From assembly GCA_963826825.1 (NCBI GenBank), contig CAWGYV010000016.1, positions 414,771-478,770 of the forward strand: 64,000 bases of DNA. The letters run 5' to 3'. Each line of letters opens with the position of its first letter. Positions within the stretch are counted from its first letter, which is position 1. Below, in pieces: positions 1 to 11,565 of the stretch. Under the pieces are notes generated by a model. It was not told the origin of the DNA. It searched no databases and saw only the letters and a list, made by a program, of their open reading frames with translations. The position numbers and the translations under genes are program-made. This DNA is from an uncultured Acidimicrobiia bacterium (GTDB lineage: Bacteria > Actinomycetota > Acidimicrobiia > Spongiisociales > DATADW01).

Positions 1-520
1 TGACGAACTCCTGCTCGTAGAGGACGTTTTGGCGCAGGAACTGCTGGATCTTCCCCTCGACTATCCGGGGGACGACGTGCTCGGGCTTCCCTTCGTTCTC
101 GGCCTGGACGGTGGCCACCCGGCGCTCCTCCTCGAGTCGGTCCTCGGGGACGTCCTCGTTGCGGAGCCATGTGGGGTTGGCCCAAGAAACGTGTTTGGCG
201 ATCTCGTCGGCCGCGGCCATGAACTCCTCGCTCTTGGCGACGAAGTCGGTCTCCGCAGCCAATTCGACCATGGCCCCGATGGTCACCCGTCCTGCCTGAC
301 GGTGCAGGTAGGCACCGACCGCGCCCTCTGATGCCATCCGGTCGGCTCGCTTGGCCGAGGCGGCCAGCCCGCGCTCTCTCAACAACTGAAAGGCCCTGTC
401 GAAGTCGCCGCCCGCCTCGGTGAGCGCCGCCTTGGCATCCATCATCCCGACCGATGCGGTCTGTCGAAGCCGCTGGACGTCCTTGGCGGACACCGCCGGC
501 GCGCTGGTCTGCTCGGCCAT
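1..520 (-). CDS. tsf: Elongation factor Ts, N-terminal ~173 codons (3' end lies beyond the window start)
   Basis: My own minus-strand translation from ATG 520..518 reads [53 protein letters not shown]...VELAAETDFVAKSEEF, which matches the EF-Ts N-domain and core. The start overlaps the rpsB stop (TGATG), as expected for the canonical rpsB-tsf pair. It is missing from the ORF track because there is no stop inside the window. Confidence 0.93.
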   Translation of the reverse strand, partial: MAEQTSAPAVSAKDVQRLRQTASVGMMDAKAALTEAGGDFDRAFQLLRERGLAASAKRADRMASEGAVGAYLHRQAGRVTIGAMVELAAETDFVAKSEEFMAAADEIAKHVSWANPTWLRNEDVPEDRLEEERRVATVQAENEGKPEHVVPRIVEGKIQQFLRQNVLYEQEFV

Positions 521-1335
521 CAGCCGGCCGCCCCGACATCCACCGCTGCGGTGACGGGCTCCGTGACAGCGATCGCATCGGGAGTCTTGGTGGGCTCGGT
601 CTCGAGTTCGAACTCGGCAGCCGGCTCCTCGAAGGCCTCGTCTTCTTTGGAGGCGATCCCGGCACCCTCGCGCAGAGCATCAGCGATGACGCCGGCGATG
701 AGGTCGACCGCCCGGATGGCGTCGTCATTGCCGGGTATGACGTAATTCACCGGGTCGGGGTCGCAGTTGCTGTCGACCAGGGCGATGATCGGCAACCCGA
801 GGCGCGCCGCCTCGCGGATGGCCGTGTGCTCCACATTGAGGTCCACCACGAAGAGGGCTTCTGGAAGTCGGGTCAGCGACCGCACCCCGCCGAGGTTCTG
901 TTGGAGCTTGAGCAGTTCGCGCCGCAAACGGAGACGCTCCTTCTTGGGCAGCGAGTCCATCTCCCCTGACGCCTCCATCCGTTCCAGTTCCTTCATGTAG
1001 AAGATTCGCTTCTGGATGGTGGCGAAATTGGTCAGCATGCCGCCCAGCCAGCGGAAGTTGACGTACGGCATCCCGGACCGATCCGCCGCCTCGGCGATCG
1101 CCCCCTGGGCCTGGCGCTTGGTCCCCACAAAGAGGATCACGCCGCCGTCGGCGCCCAGGTCGCGGGCGAACTCGGCGGAGCGTTCGGTGAGCTCCAGGGT
1201 CTGACGGAGGTCGATGATGTGGATCCCGTTGCGCTCGCCGTATATGTAGGGGCGCATCTTTGGGTTCCAGCGCCGGGTCTGGTGCCCGAAATGGACGCCA
1301 GCCTCGAGCAGCTGCTTCATGGTGACATAGGCCAC
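520..1335 (-). CDS. rpsB: 30S ribosomal protein S2
   Basis: An intact 271-aa ORF reads [43 protein letters not shown]. It has a GTG start with GAGGAG 5 nt upstream. Confidence 0.97.
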   Translation of the reverse strand: MAYVTMKQLLEAGVHFGHQTRRWNPKMRPYIYGERNGIHIIDLRQTLELTERSAEFARDLGADGGVILFVGTKRQAQGAIAEAADRSGMPYVNFRWLGGMLTNFATIQKRIFYMKELERMEASGEMDSLPKKERLRLRRELLKLQQNLGGVRSLTRLPEALFVVDLNVEHTAIREAARLGLPIIALVDSNCDPDPVNYVIPGNDDAIRAVDLIAGVIADALREGAGIASKEDEAFEEPAAEFELETEPTKTPDAIAVTEPVTAAVDVGAAG

Positions 1336-1525
1336 GTTGGCTCCTCGGTGTTTCGGTTTCGGTTCCTCCGCCCACCGGTGCCGTCTGAGCCCGCCGATGA
1401 CGGGCGCGATGCGACGCAGCCGGGCCTACCGGCTCCTCCACCGGAGCGTTGCCGCTCCGACCGCTGGAGGACGGCGGGCGTGTGTGATGACCGGGAGTGT
1501 AAGCCCTCGCCGCTGGCCGGTGAAG

Positions 1526-2308
1526 TCAGGCTGCCGGCTCGGCCATCCTCCCGCGGAGGCTCATCACCGATTTGGTGTGGATCTGACAGACCCGGCTCTC
1601 GGTGACACCGAGCACCTTTCCGATCTCGGCCAGCGTGAGTCCCTCGAAGTAGTAGAGACCGAGCACGAGCCTTTCCCGTTCGGGGAGCCGGGATATGGCG
1701 TCATGCAGCATCTGGCGCGTTTCCTCGTCCTGGAACGCCGCCTCCGGCGTGATCCCACGGCGGTCGGGCACCATGTCGCCCGCCGATGCCCCGCCCCGCT
1801 CCGGTGAGAGCATCTGGTCGAGAGCCACCATCCCGAGATTGGAGATCTCGGCGAGGGCGTCTTGGAGGCCGTCCAACGGCATCGTCATGTGCTCGGCCAG
1901 CTCCTCCTCGCTGGGGGTGCGCTGCAGCCGGTGCTCCAACTCTGTCAGCGACCGCTCGATCTCGCGGGCACGTGCCCGCACCGACCGCGGAACCCAGTCG
2001 AGGGCCCTCAACTCGTCCAAGATCGCCCCACGGATCCGGTTTATGGCATATGTCTCGAACTTGAAGCCTCGGCTGAGGTCGAACTTGTCGATGGCATCGA
2101 TCAGACCGAACACGCCGTAGCTCACCAGGTCGGAGTTCTCGACGTTGGCCGGCAACCCGGCACCGACCCTGCCGGCGACGAACTTGACCAAAGGGGCGTA
2201 GTGGATGATCAGAGCCTCGCGCGCATGGGCGTCCGCTTTCGACTTCCACTGCTCCCAAAGGCTGCTGACCGGGTCGCTCACTTCATGCTCTCGGATGGGT
2301 GCGCTCAT
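1526..2308 (-). CDS. FliA/WhiG-family (sigma-28 type) RNA polymerase sigma factor
   Basis: Regions 2-4 are readable: [44 protein letters not shown] and [24 protein letters not shown]. The ORF-track start at 2566 is too long. The likely start is ATG 2308 ([10 protein letters not shown]), or the GTG 2 nt after the xerC stop. Confidence 0.88.
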   Translation of the reverse strand: MSAPIREHEVSDPVSSLWEQWKSKADAHAREALIIHYAPLVKFVAGRVGAGLPANVENSDLVSYGVFGLIDAIDKFDLSRGFKFETYAINRIRGAILDELRALDWVPRSVRARAREIERSLTELEHRLQRTPSEEELAEHMTMPLDGLQDALAEISNLGMVALDQMLSPERGGASAGDMVPDRRGITPEAAFQDEETRQMLHDAISRLPERERLVLGLYYFEGLTLAEIGKVLGVTESRVCQIHTKSVMSLRGRMAEPAA

Positions 2309-3173
2309 AGGTGGATCTGAGATGGTGGCGGGTGACGGCAGTGTAAAGCTGTGTCGTCCCCAGTTCGCGATGGCCCAGCATCTCCTGGACGGCGCGCAGG
2401 TCGGCCCCACCCTCGAGCAGGTGGGTTGCGAATGAATGGCGGAGGGCATGGGGGAAGGTGGCCGCCCTTCGTTGGACAACCCTGCGGACTCCCCGCGAAC
2501 CGAGCGGGCCGCCGCGCTGGCCGAGCCATAGGGCATCGCCGCTCGCTGCCGACACCAAACGGCCACGGGCCGAGCGGAGGTAGGTGCTCACGGAGTCCTG
2601 GGCCGGGATGCCAAGGGGCACCACCCTCTCGGTCCCTCCCTTGCCGACAACCCTCACCCGGTCTGCACCGTGGACATCACCCACGGTCATCCCGGAAACC
2701 TCCGAGACACGCAGCCCGGTTGCGTAGAGCACCTCGAGAAGCGCTCGATCGCGCAAAGTCACCGGGTCATCGCCATCGATCTTCTCCAGCATCTCGCGGA
2801 CGGCCCGCTGAGGGAGAGCGTGCGGCAGCGAGGTGGGACGCTTTGGCCTGGCGACCTGGTCCGCCGGGTTTAGGGGCAGTTCGCCACGGCGAGTGGCGTC
2901 GGCGAAGAAGGCGCGCACCGCCGAGGCCTTGCGGGCGATCGAGCGGCGGGCGTACCGCCTCGTGTCGAGGTGAGCCAGGAAGCGTCGAACGTGCCGCCGA
3001 TCGATGTCGGCGAGCGACGCCACGCCTGATCGGTCGCAGAAGGCGAGGAATTGCGCCAGGTCGCCCCGGTAGGCGGCGACCGTGTGCGCCGACAGCCGTC
3101 GGTGGTGCCGCGCCCTGTCGAGATATGCCTCCACCGGGGACTCAGCCCACGGCGGGATAGCGGGGATGGCCAC
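2283..3173 (-). CDS. xerC: Tyrosine recombinase XerC/XerD family
   Basis: An intact 296-aa ORF carries [47 protein letters not shown] and a C-terminal LYT motif. It sits in the conserved position next to dprA. Confidence 0.9.
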   Translation of the reverse strand: MAIPAIPPWAESPVEAYLDRARHHRRLSAHTVAAYRGDLAQFLAFCDRSGVASLADIDRRHVRRFLAHLDTRRYARRSIARKASAVRAFFADATRRGELPLNPADQVARPKRPTSLPHALPQRAVREMLEKIDGDDPVTLRDRALLEVLYATGLRVSEVSGMTVGDVHGADRVRVVGKGGTERVVPLGIPAQDSVSTYLRSARGRLVSAASGDALWLGQRGGPLGSRGVRRVVQRRAATFPHALRHSFATHLLEGGADLRAVQEMLGHRELGTTQLYTAVTRHHLRSTYERTHPRA

Positions 3174-3182
3174 GCCGCCATG

Positions 3183-4264
3183 CTACGGCGCACCTTCGCC
3201 TCCAGCCTGCCTCGCTCTCGCCTTGCCCGCCGTCGCCACGACCAGATCGGCCTGTCGCCGCACCCGGCCCTCCAGCTCCAGTTGCGTGATCCGGGTCAGC
3301 AGGTCAGAGATCGGCCACCCCAACTCGCCCGCCATCCAATCGACCGGTCGTCCCACCGGGCCGGCCAGCCGAACCACTGGGTCGGTGTCGGCCTCGATCC
3401 CGATGGGTGGTGGAGCCCCGGTGAGCAGCGAAAGCGCCTCGACCAGGTCTGCCTCACCGAGAACGGGATGGGCTCCGTCGCGAATGAGGAGGTTGCACCC
3501 CACCGACGTGTCGCGGTCGATGTCGCCGGGCAGGGCAAGAACCTCACGACCCTGTTCGAGCCCATATCGGGCGGTTATCAATGCCCCGCCGTCGGGCCGA
3601 GCCTCGACGACCACGACGGCGACGGCCAGCCCCGAGATGATCCGGTTGCGCAAAGGAAACCGCCAAGGCTCGGGGCGGGTGCCAGGCGGATACTCGCTCA
3701 CCACGGCCCCACCGGCGGCGAGCAGGTCCTCACCGAGCGAGCGGTGACCAGCCGGGTACCAGACGTCCACACCCGAGCCGAGAACGGCGACACCCGGCGT
3801 GGGGCCGTGAAGTCCGCCGCTGTGTGCTGCGCCGTCGACCCCACGCGCCAGGCCACTGATCACCGGCCAACCGGCCTCCGACAACGCAGCGCCGAAACGC
3901 TCCGCCAGCCGCAACCCGTAGCCCGTGGGTGTGCGAGTGCCCACGACGGCCACCCCGGGCAGTTCGGGCAACCGACCCTTGACGAAGATGACGTCCGGGG
4001 CGCCGGGGAGCGACGACATCCAGGGCGGGTACTCGGGGTCTTCCTTTGTCAGCACCGAGCAACGCGCCAATGGCGAGCCGCCGGCGCCATTCGGGTGACA
4101 TTCACCGAGGCAGCCTCACGGACTGGTTGCGTCGCTTTCACCCGCCCCGCCCGGAGCGCAGCGACCACAGCGTCCGGAGACCCGAGTGATGCCACCAGTG
4201 CCGCCGACCTCTCCGGGTGCAGCCCCACACAGGCGAGCACGAGCCGGGCGTCGGAGATCACCAC
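3183..4264 (-). CDS. dprA: DNA-processing protein DprA (frame broken once near 4050-4075 in this sequence)
   Basis: The Rossmann core lies in ORF 3183..4070: VAVVGTRTPTGYG, ISGLARGVDGAAH, FPLRNRIISGL. A SAM-like N-domain (VISDARLVLACVGLHPERSAALVASLGSPDAVVAAL) lies in the frame of ORF 4049..5125, starting at GTG 4264/4261 and overlapping the comM stop. Confidence 0.85.
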
Positions 4265-5738
4265 GACTCCCGAAAGGAGAGTGCTTCGGCGATGTGCGCC
4301 TCGGTGACGGCATCGCTGGCGGACAGGTCGGCCAGAGTGCGCGCCACCCGCCGCACCCGGTCGTAACCGCGTCCGCTGAGGGCGCTCCTCTCCACTGCTC
4401 GCTCGAGCAGACCGACACCGGCCGATTCCCAGGGGAGGGCGTCGAGGCGGCGCCGATCGAGCGACCGGTTGAGCGACCCTCTGTGCGGCTTGCCGCCGAC
4501 GTGCGGCGATCACCCTGCTTCTGACATCGGCGCTGCTCTCCCCTGCCGGGCCGGAGAGCGCCGACGAGCCGGGGCGGCTGACCGCAACCCTGAGGTCGAA
4601 CCTGTCGAGCAGCGGCCCCGAGAGCCGTCTCCGGTAGCGCTCCACACCACTCGGCCGGCAGCGGCACGCCACCGCACGATCACCTTCGAACCCACAGGGG
4701 CAGGGATTGGTGGCGGCGACGAGTTGGACATTGGCCGGGAACGTGACCGACCTTCCCGAGCGGGCGACCGTCACCCAGCCCTCCTCGACCGGCTGGCGGA
4801 GGGCATCGAGCAGGTTGGTCGGGAACTCACCCAACTCGTCGAGGAACAACAACCCATGGTGGGCGAGCGAGATCTCTCCGGGGGTGACGATGCCGCTCCC
4901 CCCTCCCACCAGCGCCGCAACCGTTGCGGTGTGGTGAGGGGCGCGGAACGGCGGGTACCGGCGTGGAGCGTCGCTCCTCCCCGCGGCCGACCAAACCTGG
5001 GCCACCTCGACCGCTGCATCGGGCGTCAACTCGGGGACCAGCCCAGGCATACACCGTGCGAGGAGCGTCTTCCCCGAACCGGGAGGTCCCCACATCAGAA
5101 GGTGGTGCCCCCCCGCCGCCGCCACCTCCAGGGCCCGGCGCGCCAGTGGCCTGACCCCTCACTACCGCCAGGTCGGGTGGGTCGGGTGGCTGGTCAGACG
5201 TCGGCACCATCGGTGGGGGCCGCCGATGAAGGCGCACCCAACGCCACGGCGACCGCTTCGGCCAAGGAGGTCACCGCCCTGGTGTCGGCACCCACCACCA
5301 GCGCGCCCTCCGCCATCAGCGCCGGTGGGAGCAGACAGGGCCGGCCGAGACCGGGCGGCCACCACCGCCGCCGCCATCCCTCCCCTGGCCGGGCGGACGG
5401 TCCCGTCGAGTGCCAGCTCTCCCAGCGCAACCACGTCGGCCAACCCCGGGGGTGCCCCGCCCGATGCCGCGATCACCCCAAGCGCGATGGGCAGGTCATA
5501 TGCCGAACCCGCCTTCGGCAGATCGGCCGGGGCGAGGTTGACCGTGACCCTGCGGTCCGGCATTCGGAACCCGGACGACTGGAGAGCCGCCTGCACCCGG
5601 TCTTTCGCCTCGCGGACCGCCGTATCGGGCAGCCCTACGAGACGAAGTGATGGGAGCTGACCGCCGACGTGGACCTCCACCCGGACCGGCCGTGGTTCCA
5701 CGCCGACCAATGGTCGCTGAGGTGACTGCGGCGAACAT
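4258..5738 (-). CDS. comM: YifB/ComM-family Mg-chelatase-like AAA+ ATPase (about 5 frame breaks at ~5710, 5345, 5215, 5150, 4480)
   Basis: Pieces lie in five frames. They read MFAAVTSAT / LVGVEPRPVRVEVHVGGQLPSLRLVGLPDTAVREAKDRV / CLLPPALMAEGALVVG / PDLAVVRGQ / ALEVAAAGGHHLLMWGPPGSGKTLLA...LFLDELGEF / RGYDRVRRVARTLADLSASDAVTEAHIAEALSFRESW-stop at 4258. Confidence 0.85.
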
Positions 5739-5868
5739 GGCGGCAACGTATGACCCACCTGCGACATTCTCCGTGGCCCCGGCGTCAACCGCTCACTGCC
5801 AGCGCGACGGGTCCACGGTGAGCGGGCGAGTGCTGTCCACACCCGTGGGCAACGACTTCTTCGCTGCC

Positions 5869-6495
5869 TCACGTATCGGCTTGGGCGCCACCTGACCGAG
5901 GCGGAGTCTCCCGTGCACCCAACGCCCCCAGTTCGAGAGCTGCGAGCGCCTCGATGACCTGGGTATCGCCCCGCAGCAATGCCGAGCCAGGGGCTGAGTC
6001 GATGGCGGCGAGCTGGCGGATCGGGCGGTTGGCCAGCGCTCGGATGGCGAAGAGGGTCGTGTCGTCGCGCATGGCGTTCGCCGCCTGGGAGGCCCGGATC
6101 CAGATCAGGCGGCCCGGCAGCCACAGGATGAGAGCGAATGCAATGGGGAGTGCGGCTACGACCACCCCGACCCAACGGGCGAGACGGACCGCCGCCTCCT
6201 GTTGTGACTCGCCGGCGTCTGCGATACCGGCAACAGCGGACTGCGCAGACTCGAAGGGGGTGGCGAGGGCATCGCCGAGCAGCGGCGCATCGGCCAAGGT
6301 GTCCGCCACAGTTCCAAACGCACCCGCGACCTCCTGGGCGGCGTCTTCGAGGAGCTCACCGGGGATCGCCAGTTGAGCGACCAACTCGTAGAGATTCACG
6401 CCGACCCAGATCCACAGGATGATCCAGCCCAAGACGATCAGGTCCACGATGATCTGGCGCCGGCGCACGGTGGGGAGATCGGCATACAGTCTCAT
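5869..6495 (-). CDS. Hypothetical membrane protein (2 predicted TM helices)
   Basis: The ORF is 5869..6567. The likely start is MRLYADLPTVRRRQIIVDLIVLGWIILWIWVGV at 6495, and a second hydrophobic span reads WVGVVVAALPIAFALILWLPG. I recognise no family. Confidence 0.55.
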   Translation of the reverse strand: MRLYADLPTVRRRQIIVDLIVLGWIILWIWVGVNLYELVAQLAIPGELLEDAAQEVAGAFGTVADTLADAPLLGDALATPFESAQSAVAGIADAGESQQEAAVRLARWVGVVVAALPIAFALILWLPGRLIWIRASQAANAMRDDTTLFAIRALANRPIRQLAAIDSAPGSALLRGDTQVIEALAALELGALGARETPPRSGGAQADT

Positions 6496-6591
6496 CCGCC
6501 CATTGTGCGCCGATGTGACCGACGCCGTCGTGCTGGGTCCAATCGCCGGCGGCGGGTCCGCCGGCAAGCTCCAGCCTCGTAGACTGCTGTC

Positions 6592-7479
6592 ATGCCGGAT
6601 CGTCCCCCGTTGACGTCACGCGCCCGCGACGCGCTCAGGGAACGGCTCTCGTTCACTGCTCGGCGGAGGATCGCCATCGCTCGGGTGACGGCGCGCCGTC
6701 CCACCTCGACGTGGCGGGCGCTCCCCGGGCTCTTGGTGATCGGCACCCAGCGGGGTGGCACCAGTTCTCTCTACCGATACCTCGGGTCTCACCCGCAGGT
6801 GGTGCCCTCGCTCCGCAAGGAGGTCGAGTACTTCACGCGGCGCTACACCGAAGGCGATGGTTGGTACCGGGCGCACTTCCCGCTTGCTACAGCCGAGGGA
6901 CCATGACCTTCGAGGCCGACCCGTACTACATGTTCCACCCCCTCGCCGCCGAGAGGGCGGCGAAACTGCTCCCAGACGCCCGGCTCGTGGTGATGCTGCG
7001 CGACCCGGTCAAGCGCGCCTTCTCCCATTGGCAGCACAACCGAAGGCTCGGTGTCGAGCCGCTCGACTTCGCCGCCGCGATCGAAGCGGAGCCCGAGCGG
7101 CTTGCCGGCGAGGAAGAGCGGATCATGGCCGACCCCGGCTACGACCCGTGGAACCACAACATGCTGTCCTACTCGGGTCGGGGCCGTTACGCCATCCAGC
7201 TGAAGAAGTGGCTGGAGCACTATCCCGAAGACCATCTTCTCGTGATTCGGAGCGAGGACTTCTACGCCGACACACCCGCCACCTTCGACCGAGTGGTGAG
7301 TTTCCTCCAACTGGAGCCGTGGCGGCCGTCCGAGTTCGCCAACTGGAGCTATTCGAGTAGCGGTGGACCGGCGAAGGAGAAGATCGACCCGGAGATCGCC
7401 ACGGCGCTCGCCGAGATCCTTCGCCGCCGACAACCGGGAGTTGGAGGCGATGCTGGGGTGGGATGCCAAATGGACCTGA
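6592..7479 (+). CDS. Sulfotransferase-family protein (frame breaks ~6900 and ~7425)
   Basis: A PAPS 5'-phosphosulfate loop (LLVIGTQRGGTSSLY), then LVVMLRDPVKRAFSHWQH and RGRYAIQLKKW. The C-terminus is recovered by shifting frame: FAADNRELEAMLGWDAKWT-stop at 7477..7479. Confidence 0.8.
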
Positions 7480-7483
7480 CCGC

Positions 7484-8754
7484 TCAGACGTGATGACTCA
7501 GACCTGACCGCTCAGCTACCACGTCGAGCGCTCGCAGGTAGAACCGCTCCACCCTCGCCGCCACCTCGTCGGCGTCGTACACGCTTGCCACCTCGTGGCG
7601 GGCGGCTGCGCCAAGCCGGTTCCGCTCCGCCGGGTCGGCGAAGAGTCGCGTCACCATCGCCGCGATCGCCGCCGGATCCTCTGCGGGAACGAGCACCCCG
7701 GTCTTGCCGTCGTCCACCACATCGCTCATCGGACGCCGGTCGGTGGTCACGACGGGGAGCGCCCGGCCCATCGCCTGGAGCAGCGAGACACCCAGACCCT
7801 CGAACAGCGAGGGGAAGACGAACACGTCGGCGGCGCCCAACAAGCCGGGGCACATCGGAACGCCGATCGAGGAGCATGACCCGGTCGGCGAGACCGAGTT
7901 GTTCGATGAGGGACTCCACCATCGGGCTGGATGCCCCGGGCCGACCCGCCACCAGGAGCACGGCGCCCGGAACCTGCTCCAAGATCGCCGGCATCGCCTC
8001 GATCAGGTAGCGGTGTCCCTTCTGAGGCTCGACCCGGCCCACGGCGAGCACGACGAAGGCATCGTCGGCCAAGCCCAGCTCGGAGAGGATCGATCGCCTC
8101 GCCTCGTCGCGGGAGCCGCCGGCGTCGAGCTCGGCCAGGTCGATCCCCCGCGGGATGACATCGATCCGTTCGGGGCGCAGCCCGACGACGCTCTGCCACG
8201 ACTCGGCAACCGCCGGGGTGAGCGCCTGGAAGCGCCTCACTGTTCTCATCGTGATCCGATCGAGCAGCCGGTGACCCTCCAGCTTGAGCTTGGTCACCCC
8301 CGGGTTGTCGGTCACCCGCACCGGCTCGTGGCTTATGTTGACCAGGCTCTCCACCACCGGGATTCGACGCCGGGCTCCGACCAGCCGGGCGGCCAGCCCG
8401 GCGTTGGCCAGCGAACCGTGGATCAGGTGGGGCCGGATCTCGGCGACCGCCCGGTCGAAGGTCCGCACCAGGTCCCAGCGGCCCGACGGCCGGGCGTCGC
8501 CCTGGTAGAGGAGGTGTATCGGCACCGTTCTCGGGCACTTCGTCGCTCCGGCTCCCGACTGTGTCCTCGTAGACCACGGCCAGGGCGTGACGGAGGCGCG
8601 GGTCGGTGAACCGGCGCAGGTTGGCGACGAGCTGCTGTTCAGCGCCGCCAACCGTGCCGAGCGAGTCGATCACGTGCAGTACGAGCCGGGGACATCGGGC
8701 GGCGAGGGTAACCCGGGGGATGTCCGCCGCGAGCCCGTCGAGGTCGCTTGACAC
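7484..8754 (-). CDS. Glycosyltransferase family 4 / group 1 (frame breaks ~8530 and ~7850)
   Basis: The N-terminus reads RLVLHVIDSLGTVGGAEQQ. The middle reads VLAVGRVEPQKGHRYLIEAM...LLVAGRPG. The C-terminus reads LLGAADVFVFPSLFEGLGVSLLQAMGRALPVVTTD (the EX7E region). The three parts lie in three frames. Confidence 0.85.
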
Positions 8755-8780
8755 CGGTCCGTCCTACCATCGCTCCGCCA

Positions 8781-9576
8781 ATGCGCTGGAAGTCCGCTCG
8801 TCCACTGCTCACAGCCGGGCTTGTCCTGGCGCTGGTGGCGTGCAGCGGTGGGGGCGCGGGCCCCACCGAGTTCAACCAGGCCGACGGACCGTCCCCGGGA
8901 CTCCATCACCCGGCCAAGCAGGCCGTCGACGACGCTGCCCACCAGGCCCTCGAGGACGACGGTTCCCTCGGCGACGCCAACCACCGCGGGCGGCCCGACC
9001 CCAACGGCGCCCGTCGGTGAGCCCACCGACGTAGACGGCCTGGTCGGTTTTGTGGGGTGCTCGATGACCGAGAACGCGGTGGACGGCTACGCCGCGCTGG
9101 GCGGAGACAAGTTCTGGCCCAGGTTCGGTCGCTACGGCGGGGGCACGGTGGGACGCTGGGCGTTCGGCGCCGAGGCCGGCAGCCGTCTGTGGGCCATTTT
9201 CCGCGGCCAGTTGAGGGATCAGCCCGACACCGCCGCCATCTGGTGGCAGCTGTGCACCTTCGCCGGAGGTGCTCAGGACGACCTCGACCGGGCGCTCGCC
9301 GTGCTCGAGGAGATCAAGGCCTCGGCGCCGGGCCTCCCCATCTACGTCTCACCCCAGCCTTCCTACACCGACGGCCACGTGTGCGAGATCGCGGGCGACG
9401 GCGGGCCTGAGCGCATGGCGCAGTTGGCCGCAGACGTGGTCGCAACCGGCGAGGTCATGGCTGGTCCTCCTCAAGGCCCTCTGCCCTCCGACGTGACCCG
9501 CGACGGTTGTCATGCCGATACCGCCGGCCAGGAGATCCTCGGTGAACAGCTCGAGGCGTTCTTCGACGCAGGATGA
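8781..9576 (+). CDS. Lipoprotein with SGNH-like C-terminal domain (one frame break ~8850-8950)
   Basis: A signal peptide plus lipobox (MRWKSARPLLTAGLVLALVAC-SGG) is followed by a Pro/Thr linker. Then come a block-I-like GFVGCSMTEN and a block-V-like RDGCHADTAGQ. The domain is homologous to the C-terminal domain of the 17329..18497 protein. Confidence 0.6.
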
Positions 9577-9721
9577 CGGGCGAATCTGTGCTCAGGAGGG
9601 TGGGGACTGCCGCCGATATACTCATCTGCTGGGTTGATCGTCGGCGCGACGCGCCGTGACCCCGTCCCGGCCGGCGATCTAGTCGCCGAGTGCCACCATC
9701 GTGAGCAGGGAGACCCCAACA

Positions 9722-10728
9722 ATGGCCGATGTCCCAGTCGGCGAGATACTCGTGTCCGTCGAGGACGTCTCCAAGGTGTATATCCCCTCGCCCACCTGGC
9801 TCCGGGTACTCATCCGTTCCTCGAGCAAGGAGGCGGTGACCGCGCTCGACCGGGTCAACCTGAAGGTCGGTGCAGGCGAGATATGCGCTGTCGTCGGCCC
9901 CAATGGCGCAGGCAAGTCGACCCTCTTCCGCATCCTCACCGGTCTCACCACCCCGAGCAGGGGCCGTGCATTGGTGGGCGGGCTCGACGCCACCCGCCAG
10001 TCGTCGCGGGTACGGCGGATTGTCGGCTTCATGCCCGCCGACGACCGCTCGCTCTACCTCCGCAACACCTGCGTCGAGAACTTGAGGTTCCACGGGCGTC
10101 TCCAGGGGATGGACTCCGGCGATATCGAGCGACCGGATCGACGAGGTCCTCGAGATGGTGGATCTGAGCTACGCCCGCGACCGTGTCGGCTTCGCCCTCT
10201 CCTCGGGGATGCGAGCCCGTCTCCAGTTGGCGCGTGCCCTCCTCCACCGGCCCCGGGTCCTGATCCTCGACGAGCCGACCTCATCGGTCGATCCGGTCGC
10301 CGCCTACGGGTTGGTCCAGCTGATCAAGCGGGTGGCAGAGGAGGGCAAGGTCGCCGTTCTCATCAGCTCGCACCGGCTGGAGGAGGTCGAGGAACTCCAT
10401 GACAACGTGGCCATGCTCAACAAGGGTCGGATCATCTACTGGGGCGACCTGGACGTGATGCGATCCAAGTGGGAGGAGTCGACGGTCGAGATCGAGTTCG
10501 TCACCGAGGCCATGGCGACCGAGGCCAGCATCCGGCTCGCTGCCATGGAAGGTCTGGAGCTCATCGAGTTGGATGGCACCCAGTTGACGGTGGCCACGCG
10601 CCGCCCCCACCGGAGCGCTGCTCGCCAGGCTCGACGGCCAGGTAGATGGGATCGTTTCCCTCCGTCACACCAAGATGCCGCTGCTCCGTCTCTTCAGCAA
10701 GATCGTCGCGGACGAGGTGACGGAATGA
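9722..10728 (+). CDS. ABC transporter ATP-binding protein, DrrA/ABC-2 type (frame breaks ~10125 and ~10605)
   Basis: Walker A is GPNGAGKST, the signature is LSSGMRARLQLARAL and Walker B is VLILDEPTSSVD. ATG 9722 is preceded by AGGGAG; the ORF track starts at GTG 9701. The stop overlaps the permease start (ATGA). Confidence 0.88.
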
Positions 10729-11562
10729 GCGCTCTCGCCACCGTCGGGGTCAGCACGCGCCGCGCCGCCGGCATCTCCGGGGCCTTCTTCCGGATGGGGT
10801 GGAACTACTCCACCAACTACCCACTCGGTTTCTGGCTCGGCCAGGTCAGCCAGTTGCTCCCGGTGGTGATCTTCTACTTCATCTCCCAGCTCAACGTGAA
10901 CTCACCGGCCGTCGGAGGCGACTACTACACCTTCGTCGTGCTCGGCTTCGTGGGGATGATGATCATGGCCCCGGGAGTCAACGGGCTGAGCTTCGAGCTA
11001 GAGGCGGCGATGCTCCACGGCCACTGGGAGATGCTCCTGGTGGAGCCGGTCCCCTGGCGACTCCTGCCTTTCACCATGGTTGTCTGGCCCACCGGTCTCC
11101 GGCTTCTCCTCATCATGGTGATGGTCGTCCTCTCGACCGTGCTCGGTGCGGTCTACGACCCATCGGGGCTCGGTGTGGCGATGCTCATCCTGCGTGCTCG
11201 GTCTCGGCACCGGGCTGGCCATCGGTGTGCTCTCCGCCAGCATCAAGGTGCTGGCCAAGAAGGGCGATCCGGTGCTCACGCTCTACATGCTCGCCACGCA
11301 GGTGCTGTCCGGGCAGTTCTTCAACATCGAGGCGCTACCCACGCCGCTCCGGATCCTGGCCTATGCCATCCCCCAGACCTACGTCAACCAGGGGCTGCGC
11401 AAGGCATTGATGCCGTCGGGTGACATCATCCCCGGATTCGGGATCCCCGAGTCGCTCATCGCCCTGGCCGCGTTCAACCTGCTGCTGCTCCCGGTGGCGA
11501 TATGGCTGTTCGGACGGTCGATGGAGTACGGGCGGTCGATCGGCGTCCTCAGCGGGTACTGA
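10725..11562 (+). CDS. ABC-2 type transporter permease (frame break ~11190)
   Basis: MSALATVGVSTRRAAGISGAFFRMGWNYSTNYPLGFWLGQVSQLLPVVIFYF begins a multi-TM protein. It continues in ORF 11146..11562 (GLGTGLAIGVLSASIKVLAK...LLLLPVAIWLF). Confidence 0.8.
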
Positions 11563-11565
11563 TCC

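Noticed and set aside
2283-3173. Tyrosine recombinase as a possible integrase marking a mobile island
   Set aside because: The sequence and its position between dprA and the sigma factor/rpsB match housekeeping XerC of the conserved actinobacterial block. It is 2.5 kb away from the island border, and no att-like repeats were seen.
3183-5738. dprA and comM pseudogenisation as evidence for loss of natural competence
   Set aside because: The same density of frame breaks affects indispensable genes (ffh, rplS, trmD, lepB), so the breaks cannot be read as selective gene decay.
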